A stretch of DNA of 64,000 nucleotides, taken from NCBI GenBank assembly GCA_043757445.1, contig JAYVPJ010000079.1, positions 74,301 through 138,300 of the forward strand, in the 5' to 3' direction. The stretch comes from Pirellula sp. (GTDB lineage: Bacteria; Planctomycetota; Planctomycetia; Pirellulales; Pirellulaceae). The notes beneath the pieces are model-generated. The model was not told the DNA's origin. It made no database searches and was given only the letters and a program-made list of their open reading frames with translations. Numbering within the stretch: position 1 is the first letter of the stretch; each line of letters opens with the position of its first letter. A program made the translations under genes and the position numbers. Shown here piece by piece: positions 17,476 through 26,387 of this stretch.

Positions 17476-18000
17476 ATGCGATTGTTGATCGACGGATACA
17501 ACTTGATGTTCGAAAGCACCTCGATCGAGCAGAGTGCAGATGGCAAGAATGCCTTGCGGGCCGCTCGCGGCCGATTGTTGCATTTATTGGTCGATCTCAT
17601 TGATGAATCGATGCGAGACCAGACCATGATCGTGTTTGATGCCAAAAAAGCTCCGCCGGGTCTTCCGGACCATTATCAGTACTATGGAATTCGAATCGTT
17701 TTTGCTCGCGATTGGGATTCAGCGGACGAACTGATTCAGAACGAAATACGTCGTCATTCTGCTCCGAAAACACTGACAGTTGTTTCGTCCGACCACGCCA
17801 TCCATCGCCGAGCATTGGCTCGTGGAGCAAAGGTAATCGATAGCGACCAATGGCTTGATAGGGAACTAGAAAACCGCAAGCGACTTGCAACACAAGGTCC
17901 GAATAGCCCCGACGCGATAGCTGACTTTGATTTCGAATCAAAAAATCAGAAGCTCAGCGATGAGGAAATGAAGCGGTGGTTAATGGAGTTCGAGGGTTGA
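17476..18000 (+). CDS. NYN/YacP-like (DUF901) predicted ribonuclease
   Basis: MRLLIDGYNLMF at the N-terminus, then MIVFDAKK and the LTVVSSDHAIHRRALARGAKVIDS pattern of YacP/Rae1-like NYN proteins. The ORF extends upstream to 17344. Confidence 0.7.
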   Translation: MRLLIDGYNLMFESTSIEQSADGKNALRAARGRLLHLLVDLIDESMRDQTMIVFDAKKAPPGLPDHYQYYGIRIVFARDWDSADELIQNEIRRHSAPKTLTVVSSDHAIHRRALARGAKVIDSDQWLDRELENRKRLATQGPNSPDAIADFDFESKNQKLSDEEMKRWLMEFEG

Positions 18001-18222
18001 TGCGGACTCACCAGCCAGAAACCGACATTGGTACAATTTGTCAACGTACATCCACAGTCACCGAGTTCCAATATCGTTTCATCCATTTGAGCCAGGAAAG
18101 AATTTCATTGAGCGATCCGACATCTGAAACCAACAGCGCGCGCGAAACTCAAAACCAGTAGCAAATGGCGTAAAGTGTAGAATTAACGAAAGTGTCGGCT
18201 GCGACAGGGGTAGCCCAACTAT

Positions 18223-18285
18223 ATCGCTAGTCCATCCGTTCGGGGCTTGCCGGCTTGCCCCCGACGGATGCGTTTTGGCGTACTA
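18223..18285 (+). repeat. 63-nt interspersed repeat, inverted copy of 13016-13079
   Basis: ATCGCTAGTCCATCCGTTCGGGGCTTGCCGGCTTGCCCCCGACGGATGCGTTTTGGCGTACTA. Weaker similarity to the 12945-13015 module continues to about 18330, ending just before the HlyD-gene stop. Confidence 0.9.
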
Positions 18286-18339
18286 CACAATTCGGCGTCC
18301 CAACGTTCCCCTCGGCTTTACCCCTCCATGCCGGTTGAT

Positions 18340-19599
18340 TTATTGCTTTGGCTTCTCTCCCACGACCAATTCGTCGCCCTCTGCCAGTTCACCTTCGATC
18401 AATTCCGTGAAGCGATTGTCGGAGATGCCCGTTCGTACTGGCTTACCTCTCAAAAACATCCCTTCCGCGACCCAAACATGGCGAAGGTTTTGGGCTCGAG
18501 TGGCCGCCGCTTTTTCATCAGCAGACATTTGTTTGGCGGTATCCGTGACAATCTGCTTTTGCTCATCTACGCCGTCGATGATTTTCCGATCATCTGGATG
18601 CACTTTTTCGCGAGCTGGATAAAACCTTAGCGCGGCATTTGGAACTCGGAGGATGGTTTCTCGTTTTTTGATTTGGAATGATAGATTGGCAGTCATTCCG
18701 GGAAGCAGCTTCAAGTCCGTGTTTGGAGTTTCAACGATGACTGGATACGTGATCACATTTTGTTCTTCGGTACTACTCAATCGAACCTGAACAATCTTAC
18801 CTTGATCGAATAACTCTTCGGGATATGCATCGACGGTAAACCGGACAACTTGGCCATCGACTTGTGCTTTTCGGATCATTCCGATGTCCGCTTCGTCCAC
18901 CGAAGCGTAGATGTGCATCCGCTTGTCCATCTCCGGGGCAACAACAAACATTTCGGGGGTCTGGAATTGAGCGGCAAGCGTTTGACCGATATCAATTTTT
19001 TTCTCGATGACTACGCCCGCACAGGGAGAAAGAATATCGGTGTAACCCAAATTGGCTAGAGAGTTGTCCAACTGCGCTTTTGCCTGATCGACATTTGCTT
19101 TGGAAACTTGCAATTCAGCGTCTCGAGTCATACGAACAAAACGAAACTGATCCAGTTCCGCTTCGGAAATGAAATCGCGGTTACCCTTTTTAAGTTCGCC
19201 GCCGCGGCGTTCGTCATTGGCGGCTTGTTGCTGCTGTGCTTGTGCCCTCGCGACTTCGGCCTGCCTCGTCAAGAGTTGTGCTCTGTCGCGTTCGACTGTT
19301 GACTTGTAGATCCTAGGGTCGATCCGAGCCAAAAGCTGACCTTCAATGACTTGGCTATTGTAGTCCACAAACAACTCGCTAATCGGACCACTCACGGAAG
19401 CCCCGACGCTAACTCGATGAATAGGCTCTACCTTACCGGTTGAGTTTACGGTTTGGGCTATGTCGCCCACAGTTGCGGATTGCGTTCGCCATTTCGGCCG
19501 ATTTCGCTCATCGAAATAGTTTTTGGTTGGATTGTACGCTGCTACACCAATCCCGCCCAAAATCCCAAGCACAATCGAAAGTCTAAAAAGCGTCTTCAT
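18340..19599 (-). CDS. HlyD/membrane-fusion-protein family periplasmic adaptor
   Basis: N-terminal TM (LSIVLGILGGIGVAAY), a lipoyl-like segment (VSGPISELFVDYNSQVIEGQLLARID), a coiled-coil hairpin (RAQLLTRQAEVARAQAQQQQAAND...) and a beta-barrel C-terminus. Confidence 0.85.
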   Translation of the reverse strand: MKTLFRLSIVLGILGGIGVAAYNPTKNYFDERNRPKWRTQSATVGDIAQTVNSTGKVEPIHRVSVGASVSGPISELFVDYNSQVIEGQLLARIDPRIYKSTVERDRAQLLTRQAEVARAQAQQQQAANDERRGGELKKGNRDFISEAELDQFRFVRMTRDAELQVSKANVDQAKAQLDNSLANLGYTDILSPCAGVVIEKKIDIGQTLAAQFQTPEMFVVAPEMDKRMHIYASVDEADIGMIRKAQVDGQVVRFTVDAYPEELFDQGKIVQVRLSSTEEQNVITYPVIVETPNTDLKLLPGMTANLSFQIKKRETILRVPNAALRFYPAREKVHPDDRKIIDGVDEQKQIVTDTAKQMSADEKAAATRAQNLRHVWVAEGMFLRGKPVRTGISDNRFTELIEGELAEGDELVVGEKPKQ

Positions 19600-21817
19600 G
19601 AATTCGTTTTCGTTGGCTGGAAATAAATAATACAGCGACCCCAGTAGCCATGGCTAGGCCACCGCCACACAACCAAGCTATCGGAATATGTTTGGTATCG
19701 TCCCCAAACCACTTTGCAAGATCCTGTTCGGTGAATCGGGACATACTAAAAACCAGCCCATTGTGCAAAGTATGCAGCAAGATTCCTGGCAACAAAGAGC
19801 CGGTTCTGATGGCGACGTAGCCGATCGCTAATCCTAAAGTAATCGTCGGCAGGAATTTTTCGATAGATAAAACGCTGCCTGCGATGACATGGAACAGGCC
19901 AAACAGTAGTGACGAAAGCAAAACACTGCGAAAACCCGATAGCTTGGATCGAAATGCCGACAAAACAAATCCGCGGAAAAAGAATTCTTCGGCGATCGCG
20001 GGAGCCAAAGCCCCCGTCAATAATACCACCCAGAACGGAACAGCTAGGAAGTCGGCTTTTAGCCGCTCCTTGTCCTCTTCGGTAAGCTGCGCGGCTAAGC
20101 TCCAACTTTCGAAAAGCAAGTAAGCTTCAAAGGCTACCATCCACAAACCAGCGCTTAACAATATAACGGCGGAGACGTAACCGACCCAACGGGCCATTCG
20201 CTTAAAAATCGGTTCGCCAACACCGATGCCCTCGCTAAGTCTAAAGGTGTTTGGGATATCGACACGTCGGTACCATACATACGTCAAGGGAAGGATTAAA
20301 AACAACAAGAACAAAAATGCGGCGTTGAAGAACAATGCCAAACTCCCCTTCAATTCGAAGATACCGCCAAGGTTCGAGGCCACGAAAAAAATCGGAAACA
20401 GGATTGCCAGATAGATAGCCAGCTCGCCGATATCTGGCAGCATCTGTCGCTTTTTGGGGCGACCGAAAAGCTCCGACCATGACTCTTGTGATCCTGAAGT
20501 GGCGGCTTCCGCACCAAACAAACGCGATGCGACGACCAACGTTGCACATGCATAGATGATCGTCGAAAAAACGGCAGCGAAAGCCGGCACTAGAGAAGAT
20601 TGCCCCGTCATAATGTCGCGTGAAAGCATCAGGATGTTGAGGAGCGGTACAATTCCAAGCAAAGTTGTAAATTGAACATTTGGCATCAATGTTACTAAGC
20701 CAGGTCCGAGGGACAAAAGCATTACTGGAATAAGATACGCCTGAGCTTCTTTAAAACTGCGAGCAAAAGAGCAAAGCGCTAAGAGGATTGCACTAAAGAA
20801 CGACGCAAAGATTACCAGCAATGGCAGTATTTGCACCAACATCCAAATGGAAAAACCGCTTTTGCCAAAGAGCGCCTGCCCTAAGCCACCAAAAGAGAGC
20901 GTCATCCAGGTCGCAAAGAGATTTGCCAACGCGGTCAACACCGCCACCGTAACCACGGCCACGTATTTACTGAGCAACAAGGCGAACCGTGGTGCCGGAG
21001 TTGCGATCAACGCTTCCATAGTACCGCGTTCCCGTTCACCAGCGGTCAAGTCGATTGCAGGGTATACCGCGCCGGTGATTGTCATCAAGATCAATACGAG
21101 AGGGATGACCCCCGCGATGGACGCCGATAGGTCTACTTTTTCCGCGATGCCAATTGCCTTGAACGTCATCGCAACAGGGAGATTTCGATCCAAGCGCTTT
21201 CGAATCAAATCAGCTTGGTAATCGTTGAGCAATTGCGTTGCACGACGAAAGGCTGCCAACGCAGCCTCGCTTCGGAAATCATTTTGGCGAAACTCGGACT
21301 GAATATCATGAGATGGCACAGCACCCCGATCCAACTGCACCGATGAAATCGTCAGTTTGGATATAACTAAGTCAACATGTCCATCCCTCAATCCTTTGGC
21401 CAAAGTGTCGAGATCCGAAATGACAATTTCAAATGGCGGCAACTCATCCAACGGCGTTTTTTTTTGCTCCACTGAATTGGTTTTGCTTTCGGGTTCATCG
21501 TTACCTTTTTGCTCAGCCATCCGTACGACACTGATTGGTGAAACGAAACCGGCTTCAATCACTTTCTGAGCCTCTTGAAGCATCTCCCTTATCTTGTTCG
21601 CCGTTTCTTCGTTCTCAATACCAAGCACAAACTCGGGATCGGGTTTGGACTTGGTATTTGCCCCGATCACCAATCGCTGTAGAGCCATGCTCAATAATGG
21701 ATAGACCAGAATTGGCATCAGCACTAACGTAAAGAGTGTTCGACGATCGCGGAGGCTTTCCCGAAGTTCCTTTTGACATAGCCGCCAAAGTCGGCCGTTG
21801 CTCAAATACTCGTTCAT
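19583..21817 (-). CDS. ABC-2/NatB-like permease fused to a C-terminal CPBP (CAAX/Abi) intramembrane protease domain
   Basis: 744 aa. N-terminal TM, a ~170-aa extracytoplasmic loop, then a polytopic ABC-2-type region. The C-terminal ~250 aa carry the CPBP motifs EEFFFRGF, FGLFH and HTLHNG. Confidence 0.8.
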   Translation of the reverse strand: MNEYLSNGRLWRLCQKELRESLRDRRTLFTLVLMPILVYPLLSMALQRLVIGANTKSKPDPEFVLGIENEETANKIREMLQEAQKVIEAGFVSPISVVRMAEQKGNDEPESKTNSVEQKKTPLDELPPFEIVISDLDTLAKGLRDGHVDLVISKLTISSVQLDRGAVPSHDIQSEFRQNDFRSEAALAAFRRATQLLNDYQADLIRKRLDRNLPVAMTFKAIGIAEKVDLSASIAGVIPLVLILMTITGAVYPAIDLTAGERERGTMEALIATPAPRFALLLSKYVAVVTVAVLTALANLFATWMTLSFGGLGQALFGKSGFSIWMLVQILPLLVIFASFFSAILLALCSFARSFKEAQAYLIPVMLLSLGPGLVTLMPNVQFTTLLGIVPLLNILMLSRDIMTGQSSLVPAFAAVFSTIIYACATLVVASRLFGAEAATSGSQESWSELFGRPKKRQMLPDIGELAIYLAILFPIFFVASNLGGIFELKGSLALFFNAAFLFLLFLILPLTYVWYRRVDIPNTFRLSEGIGVGEPIFKRMARWVGYVSAVILLSAGLWMVAFEAYLLFESWSLAAQLTEEDKERLKADFLAVPFWVVLLTGALAPAIAEEFFFRGFVLSAFRSKLSGFRSVLLSSLLFGLFHVIAGSVLSIEKFLPTITLGLAIGYVAIRTGSLLPGILLHTLHNGLVFSMSRFTEQDLAKWFGDDTKHIPIAWLCGGGLAMATGVAVLFISSQRKRIHEDAF

Positions 21818-22596
21818 GCTTGAGGCAATGTTTCTTCAGACGGATTGGCTAGTGGGGTAATGCTCTGCGGAGCATCCATTAAGGCAATGAACATGTCGAC
21901 GAGATGCTGCTTTCCGGTCGCCGTCCTCAGTTCGTTGAGAGTCCCCTCAAACTGAAGGTTTCCCCGATGCAATAGACCAAAACGGTCGCAAACACGTTCC
22001 GCTTCATCTAGACGATGAGTGGATAGAAGAACAACCTTTCCTCGCCGTTTTAACAAATCGATGAACCGGAAAATGGCTTGACTTCCGACAACATCCAGGC
22101 CGCGTGTCGGTTCATCGAGCAACATGACGGGCGGATCATGCATCAACCCACGGGCCAACGTAACTCGCTGTTTTTGTCCCGTGCTGAGCGTACTGCAACG
22201 CTGGTCGATGAAGTTACGGAGATCCAGTAGACTCGCCAGCTCATCTAATCGCTCTCGCGCCAGCTCTTGATCGACCGCATAAAGGTCTGCAAAGTACATC
22301 AACATCTCGCGCACAGTCAACCATGGATAGACACCGTCATTGGTCGAAATGAGGCCGAGCTGCCTGCGGATATCGGTAGAATTGTGGGTTGACCGAACAC
22401 CGCCGATTTCGACGAAACCACTGTCTGGTTCCAGCAGCCCCATGATCATTCGCAAGGTTGTTGTCTTGCCAGCGCCGTTGGGGCCCAGAAGCCCGTAAAC
22501 TTCTCCACTCGAAACGCGGAATGAGAGATGGTTAACCGCGACCAGTGGCACTCCCCCCACATTGAACTGCTTCGTTAAGTTTTCAGCCGAAATCAT
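21814..22596 (-). CDS. ABC transporter ATP-binding protein (NatA-like)
   Basis: Walker A GPNGAGKTT, signature LSTGQKQR, Walker B LLDEPTRGLD and an H-loop (LSTHRL). ATGA overlap with the permease gene. Confidence 0.92.
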   Translation of the reverse strand: MISAENLTKQFNVGGVPLVAVNHLSFRVSSGEVYGLLGPNGAGKTTTLRMIMGLLEPDSGFVEIGGVRSTHNSTDIRRQLGLISTNDGVYPWLTVREMLMYFADLYAVDQELARERLDELASLLDLRNFIDQRCSTLSTGQKQRVTLARGLMHDPPVMLLDEPTRGLDVVGSQAIFRFIDLLKRRGKVVLLSTHRLDEAERVCDRFGLLHRGNLQFEGTLNELRTATGKQHLVDMFIALMDAPQSITPLANPSEETLPQA

Positions 22597-22763
22597 TCAA
22601 TGGACTTTGTCGGGTTGGTTCATTGCATTCGAGGTGAAATTCGTTCTCAAGCTCCGGCTTGTGAACGCATGCTCGCTCAACTTTGCGAACGTTTTGCATG
22701 ACTAAACTATGATCATAGCATAAGCACGCGTGAAGCAGTATTTAGGCATAACATGTAGCCGAC

Positions 22764-22802
22764 GTCGCTCCGCGACTCGGCAATTCAGTGTCGCGGAGCG
22801 AC
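22764..22802. repeat. perfect 13-bp inverted repeat GTCGCTCCGCGAC / GTCGCGGAGCGAC, 13-nt loop
   Basis: Each arm is itself a mini-palindrome (GTCGC-TCC-GCGAC). It lies 3' of the amidohydrolase gene and 5' of the ABC operon. Confidence 0.9.
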
Positions 22803-22857
22803 ACTGCCACAACGATCGAATCAAAGAACTTCTGCCGTAGTGCTTATGTCGGCAGAC

Positions 22858-24048
22858 TCACTTTACGGCATTTGAACCTTGGAAGTTCGATAATCTTTCC
22901 TGAACGCCAGGAATGATCCTGGCTGCGTTCATCGAGTAGATTTTTTCAAGGATTTTTGCATCCAGCCCAATGCCGTAGATTCTCCAATCACCTTGCGGCG
23001 GGGGATGTTTTTCTGAGTATTCAAAATACTCGTCCCAGGATTCGAGAAATCGCCAATAGATTCGAAGTCTGGCTTCTGGCCACGGACCGTCGGTTCCAAA
23101 TAAAATGCGGTCCTGGTATTTATCAAAAAAACGCTGCGCGGAATAGGGCTGGCGGCCCAGCTCATTGATTCGAGAGGCGAACTCGACGAAGAGGTTGGGA
23201 TAGCGATCGAGCCAACCGCCAAGTTCGCATAAATCTTCACCATCGTTTCCGAAATGGGCGGCAATAAAAGTTGTCTTCGCGTGCTTCGCAATGACACGGT
23301 TACGTGCTTCGTGCAACTCAATCCGTTTTGGAAATTTAGGACTGGCATAAGACCAATCGGGATGAACATTAAGTTCAAAAAATCTCTCGTTGGAGGGTAG
23401 AACCGGTTCAAAAAAGGCTCCTGGATCGGCTGTATGCATAATCACGGGCAGGCCAAGTTCGCCGCATACGGTCCAAATCGGATCCCAGCGAGGATCGTCT
23501 ATCTCGACGAGCGATCCATCTGCGTTGCGATATCTGAGACCAAAATCCTTGAAGAACTTTAAGCCGGAAATCATCCCGGCTCCATGCGAGTCTTTCAGTT
23601 TTTCGACGATACTCCGGACAAAATCGGGTTGATTGCAACTCCAAGTTGCCGGCAGCTCCTCTTGACCGGATCCTTGAAAGTCTAGGTTGGCAAAAACCAC
23701 AAAACGGTTGCGAAATTCGGACCACAAAAAGTGGCTGTGCTCGTCCAATCGCTTAAATAATGTCCCATCCAACGATACACAGACGGCGATGTTGTTGCGA
23801 TCCATCATCGCCACATACTGCCTTAGAAGTTCAGCATCATGTTTTCCTTTTGCAAAAAAATGCGTATGCACGTCGACTACCGGACTCGACGCGCTCGCAA
23901 TGTGAGTTTTGGGTACCGTCAATTGCGTCGTTAAAGCCGAGCCATCTTGCGAAGCCTGTTGGGATTGGGCAACCGAACAAAGGATCACGAAACTTAAGAC
24001 ATTGAAGTGGAGTAGGCCTGTGTTACGTATCGTTTTACCGCTGAACAT
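22858..24048 (-). CDS. secreted amidohydrolase-superfamily metal-dependent hydrolase
   Basis: Signal peptide. HxH motif (VVDVHTHFF), later His residues (VIMHTAD, IAAHFG) and the Asp in LFGTDGPW, in the order expected for a TIM-barrel amidohydrolase. Confidence 0.7.
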   Translation of the reverse strand: MFSGKTIRNTGLLHFNVLSFVILCSVAQSQQASQDGSALTTQLTVPKTHIASASSPVVDVHTHFFAKGKHDAELLRQYVAMMDRNNIAVCVSLDGTLFKRLDEHSHFLWSEFRNRFVVFANLDFQGSGQEELPATWSCNQPDFVRSIVEKLKDSHGAGMISGLKFFKDFGLRYRNADGSLVEIDDPRWDPIWTVCGELGLPVIMHTADPGAFFEPVLPSNERFFELNVHPDWSYASPKFPKRIELHEARNRVIAKHAKTTFIAAHFGNDGEDLCELGGWLDRYPNLFVEFASRINELGRQPYSAQRFFDKYQDRILFGTDGPWPEARLRIYWRFLESWDEYFEYSEKHPPPQGDWRIYGIGLDAKILEKIYSMNAARIIPGVQERLSNFQGSNAVK

Positions 24049-24338
24049 ATGGCACGTTTTGGATTTGAGAAATGGACCTGCACTTTGCGATTTAGGCGAG
24101 CGGCAGAATGAAAAGTACCGTAGGATGAGACCAATGTCCCGTCCGTTGACTCGTTCGGGACAATGGTCCCAAACTACAACTGGTATCTCACAGCCCGCCG
24201 CTCGCCTTATTTGTTATGATGAATACACTGCGTTGTCTATCAAGTAGTCAAATATTGGACACTAGCTAGGGTAGCATAGCCGTCATGGCCATGGGAAGCT
24301 CAGGCCACGGGGCGAGGCTACTCTTAGGAACGAGGAAC

Positions 24339-24815
24339 ATGGATCGAAGTAAAATTGAATTGTATGCCGCGGGTGGAGCCGAGTTGGTCAAGGCATATTG
24401 GGGATTGGGCGCTGCCCATCTGCACGCGAAACAGGCTGACGGTTCCTGGACTCTCCATCAAATCGCCATACACATGCTGGATAGTGATTTGATTGGTTCA
24501 GACCGGATGAAACGCATCGCGTGCATGGACAATCCGTTGCTATGTGGTTACGACGAAACGGCCTTCAGCCTTTTGCCTGGAACAGATCAATTGAATCCCT
24601 TTGAAGCTTGTGAGCTTTTCCAGAAAAATAGAGCCATGACGGCGACGATCCTCAGAGCGTTACCCAATTCAAACTTCCAAAGAACGGGCATCCATACCGA
24701 AAGTGGTAAAGTCTCCCTTGCGGAGATGATTGGCAAGTATATCGATCATCTCAGGCACCACTTGGTTTTCATTGCCAAAAAAAGGGCCAAGCTTGAGGGA
24801 CAGCAGAGCGATTGA
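24339..24815 (+). CDS. DinB-family protein
   Basis: ~158 aa from the ATG at 24339 (the ORF opens at 24285). Four-helix-bundle-type His pattern (WTLHQIAIHMLDSD ... KYIDHLRHHL). Confidence 0.65.
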   Translation: MDRSKIELYAAGGAELVKAYWGLGAAHLHAKQADGSWTLHQIAIHMLDSDLIGSDRMKRIACMDNPLLCGYDETAFSLLPGTDQLNPFEACELFQKNRAMTATILRALPNSNFQRTGIHTESGKVSLAEMIGKYIDHLRHHLVFIAKKRAKLEGQQSD

Positions 24816-24941
24816 CACCTTGAGACTCGATGCGTTGTCCTGAACACTCTTAGGTGCAGCCGTTTGCTTTAAAGGCCAGCGGTGGTTAATCTAATCCCAT
24901 GCAAGAAAAGTTTGTCAGCAAACACCGTCGAGAAGCAAGAA

Positions 24942-25424
24942 ATGACCAAAGCTCTTAAAGGCATCACTAGAATCGAATACGAAGGAGTATCCACCCGCGG
25001 ATGGATGGTCCGAATCACGCGCTCTGGAATCCGAAAGCAACAATTTTTTAACGACCGGACGCTAGGCGGGAAAACCAAATCGCTCAAAGCGGCAAAGGCA
25101 TGCTATGCTGGCTGGGCAGTTTCCGCAGGCCCGATCAAAACCACGCGAGACCAAAAAACCTCCCGCAACTCGTCCGGCAAAGTTGGTGTACACCTTGTTC
25201 GAAATGTCGATGCACGCTGGGAGAATGCCGAGTCCTTTGGCTATTGTGCTTCGTGGGTTGCCGCGAATGGAGCGCGTCAAAAACTGAGCTTTGCATGGAA
25301 ACGCTACGGAAAAAAAATGGCTTGGGAACTCGCCTGTTTGGCCCGAGAAAAGGAGCTCACAGATCGGGCAAGGGTTATCGAAGCCTTCGAGAAAAAATCC
25401 GGCAAGAAAGTCAAACCCAAATAG
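24942..25424 (+). CDS. putative DNA-binding protein with two AP2-like repeats
   Basis: GITRIEYEGVSTRGWMVRITRSGIRKQQFFNDRTLGGKTKSLKAAKACY and GVHLVRN...FGYCASWVAANGARQKLSFAWKRYGKKMAWELACLARE both follow the AP2 pattern (GV..., W.A.I/W, G.r..l.F, A..A.). This is a call from memory of the consensus only. Confidence 0.4.
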   Translation: MTKALKGITRIEYEGVSTRGWMVRITRSGIRKQQFFNDRTLGGKTKSLKAAKACYAGWAVSAGPIKTTRDQKTSRNSSGKVGVHLVRNVDARWENAESFGYCASWVAANGARQKLSFAWKRYGKKMAWELACLAREKELTDRARVIEAFEKKSGKKVKPK

Positions 25425-26324
25425 ATGTTACAACAGGATGCGTTTCGGCCTACAAGTTCAAAAATGACACACCCTGAGTTAGTCGAAACGGACGATTTCA
25501 TCGATGAGACTCTCAATCGGCCTTTGCAAATCGTCTATCGCGATGAGAATTATGTCGCTGTTTTCAAGCCTGCTGGCTTGATTGTGCACCGCTGTGAGTC
25601 ATCCCAAGCACACGAACCAGCCCTCCTCCAATCGCTTCGGGATCAACTGCATCGCCGCGTTTTTCCAGTCCATCGGTTAGATCGGCCGACTGCGGGTTTG
25701 ACGCTGTTCGGTTTGAGCGGAGTGGCGGCCGCGAAGATGGTGGACCTGTTCACAAGACGAATGGTCTCAAAATACTATCAAGCACTAGTCTGTGGCTCGA
25801 CCCCTGAGTTCGCTTTGATTGACAAACCACTTGCGGCTAAATCGGATGACCAATGGGGTAACTCAGAATGCCACGATACGTCGGAAAAGGCTGCGATAAC
25901 CGAGTTTCAAACGTTGGCCAGATTTGAGCTCCCATCCGAATTCGAGACGTCAGCAATCGCCATTAATGTCCCTACCTCCCAACTGACCCTAGCTCCGTCG
26001 ACTACAAACGCAACGAATTCCTTCTCGCTGCTAGAAATAAAACCCTTTACCGGCAGAACACATCAAATTCGTCGCCACTTATCGCATATCGGCCACCCAA
26101 TTGTCGGAGATCATCGACATGGAGATAAACCGTGTAATGAGCTAGTTCGGGCTAAAACTGGCGTTTGCCGCATGCTGCTAACCTCGATGCGTCTCGATTT
26201 CAGACACCCGTACTCTGGCGAACGCCAATCTATCGTCGTTGGACGTGGCTCAGAATTCGATCGTGCCATTACCGCGCCATTGCGAAGATGCGAAATCCAA
26301 TGTCGGCGAATCACACGGCATTGA
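25425..26324 (+). CDS. truC: tRNA pseudouridine synthase, RluA family (TruC-like)
   Basis: YRDENYVAVFKPAGLIVHR, the catalytic-Asp motif HRLDRPTAGL, and TGRTHQIRRHLSHIGHPIVGDHRHGD, which is very close to E. coli TruC. An insertion of about 40 aa precedes the GRTHQIR motif. Confidence 0.8.
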   Translation: MLQQDAFRPTSSKMTHPELVETDDFIDETLNRPLQIVYRDENYVAVFKPAGLIVHRCESSQAHEPALLQSLRDQLHRRVFPVHRLDRPTAGLTLFGLSGVAAAKMVDLFTRRMVSKYYQALVCGSTPEFALIDKPLAAKSDDQWGNSECHDTSEKAAITEFQTLARFELPSEFETSAIAINVPTSQLTLAPSTTNATNSFSLLEIKPFTGRTHQIRRHLSHIGHPIVGDHRHGDKPCNELVRAKTGVCRMLLTSMRLDFRHPYSGERQSIVVGRGSEFDRAITAPLRRCEIQCRRITRH

Positions 26325-26387
26325 CGGACTTGCGATTAAAACCTAGTTGATTATTTTTCGACACTTCTCGGCTAGCGCCACCAGTGT

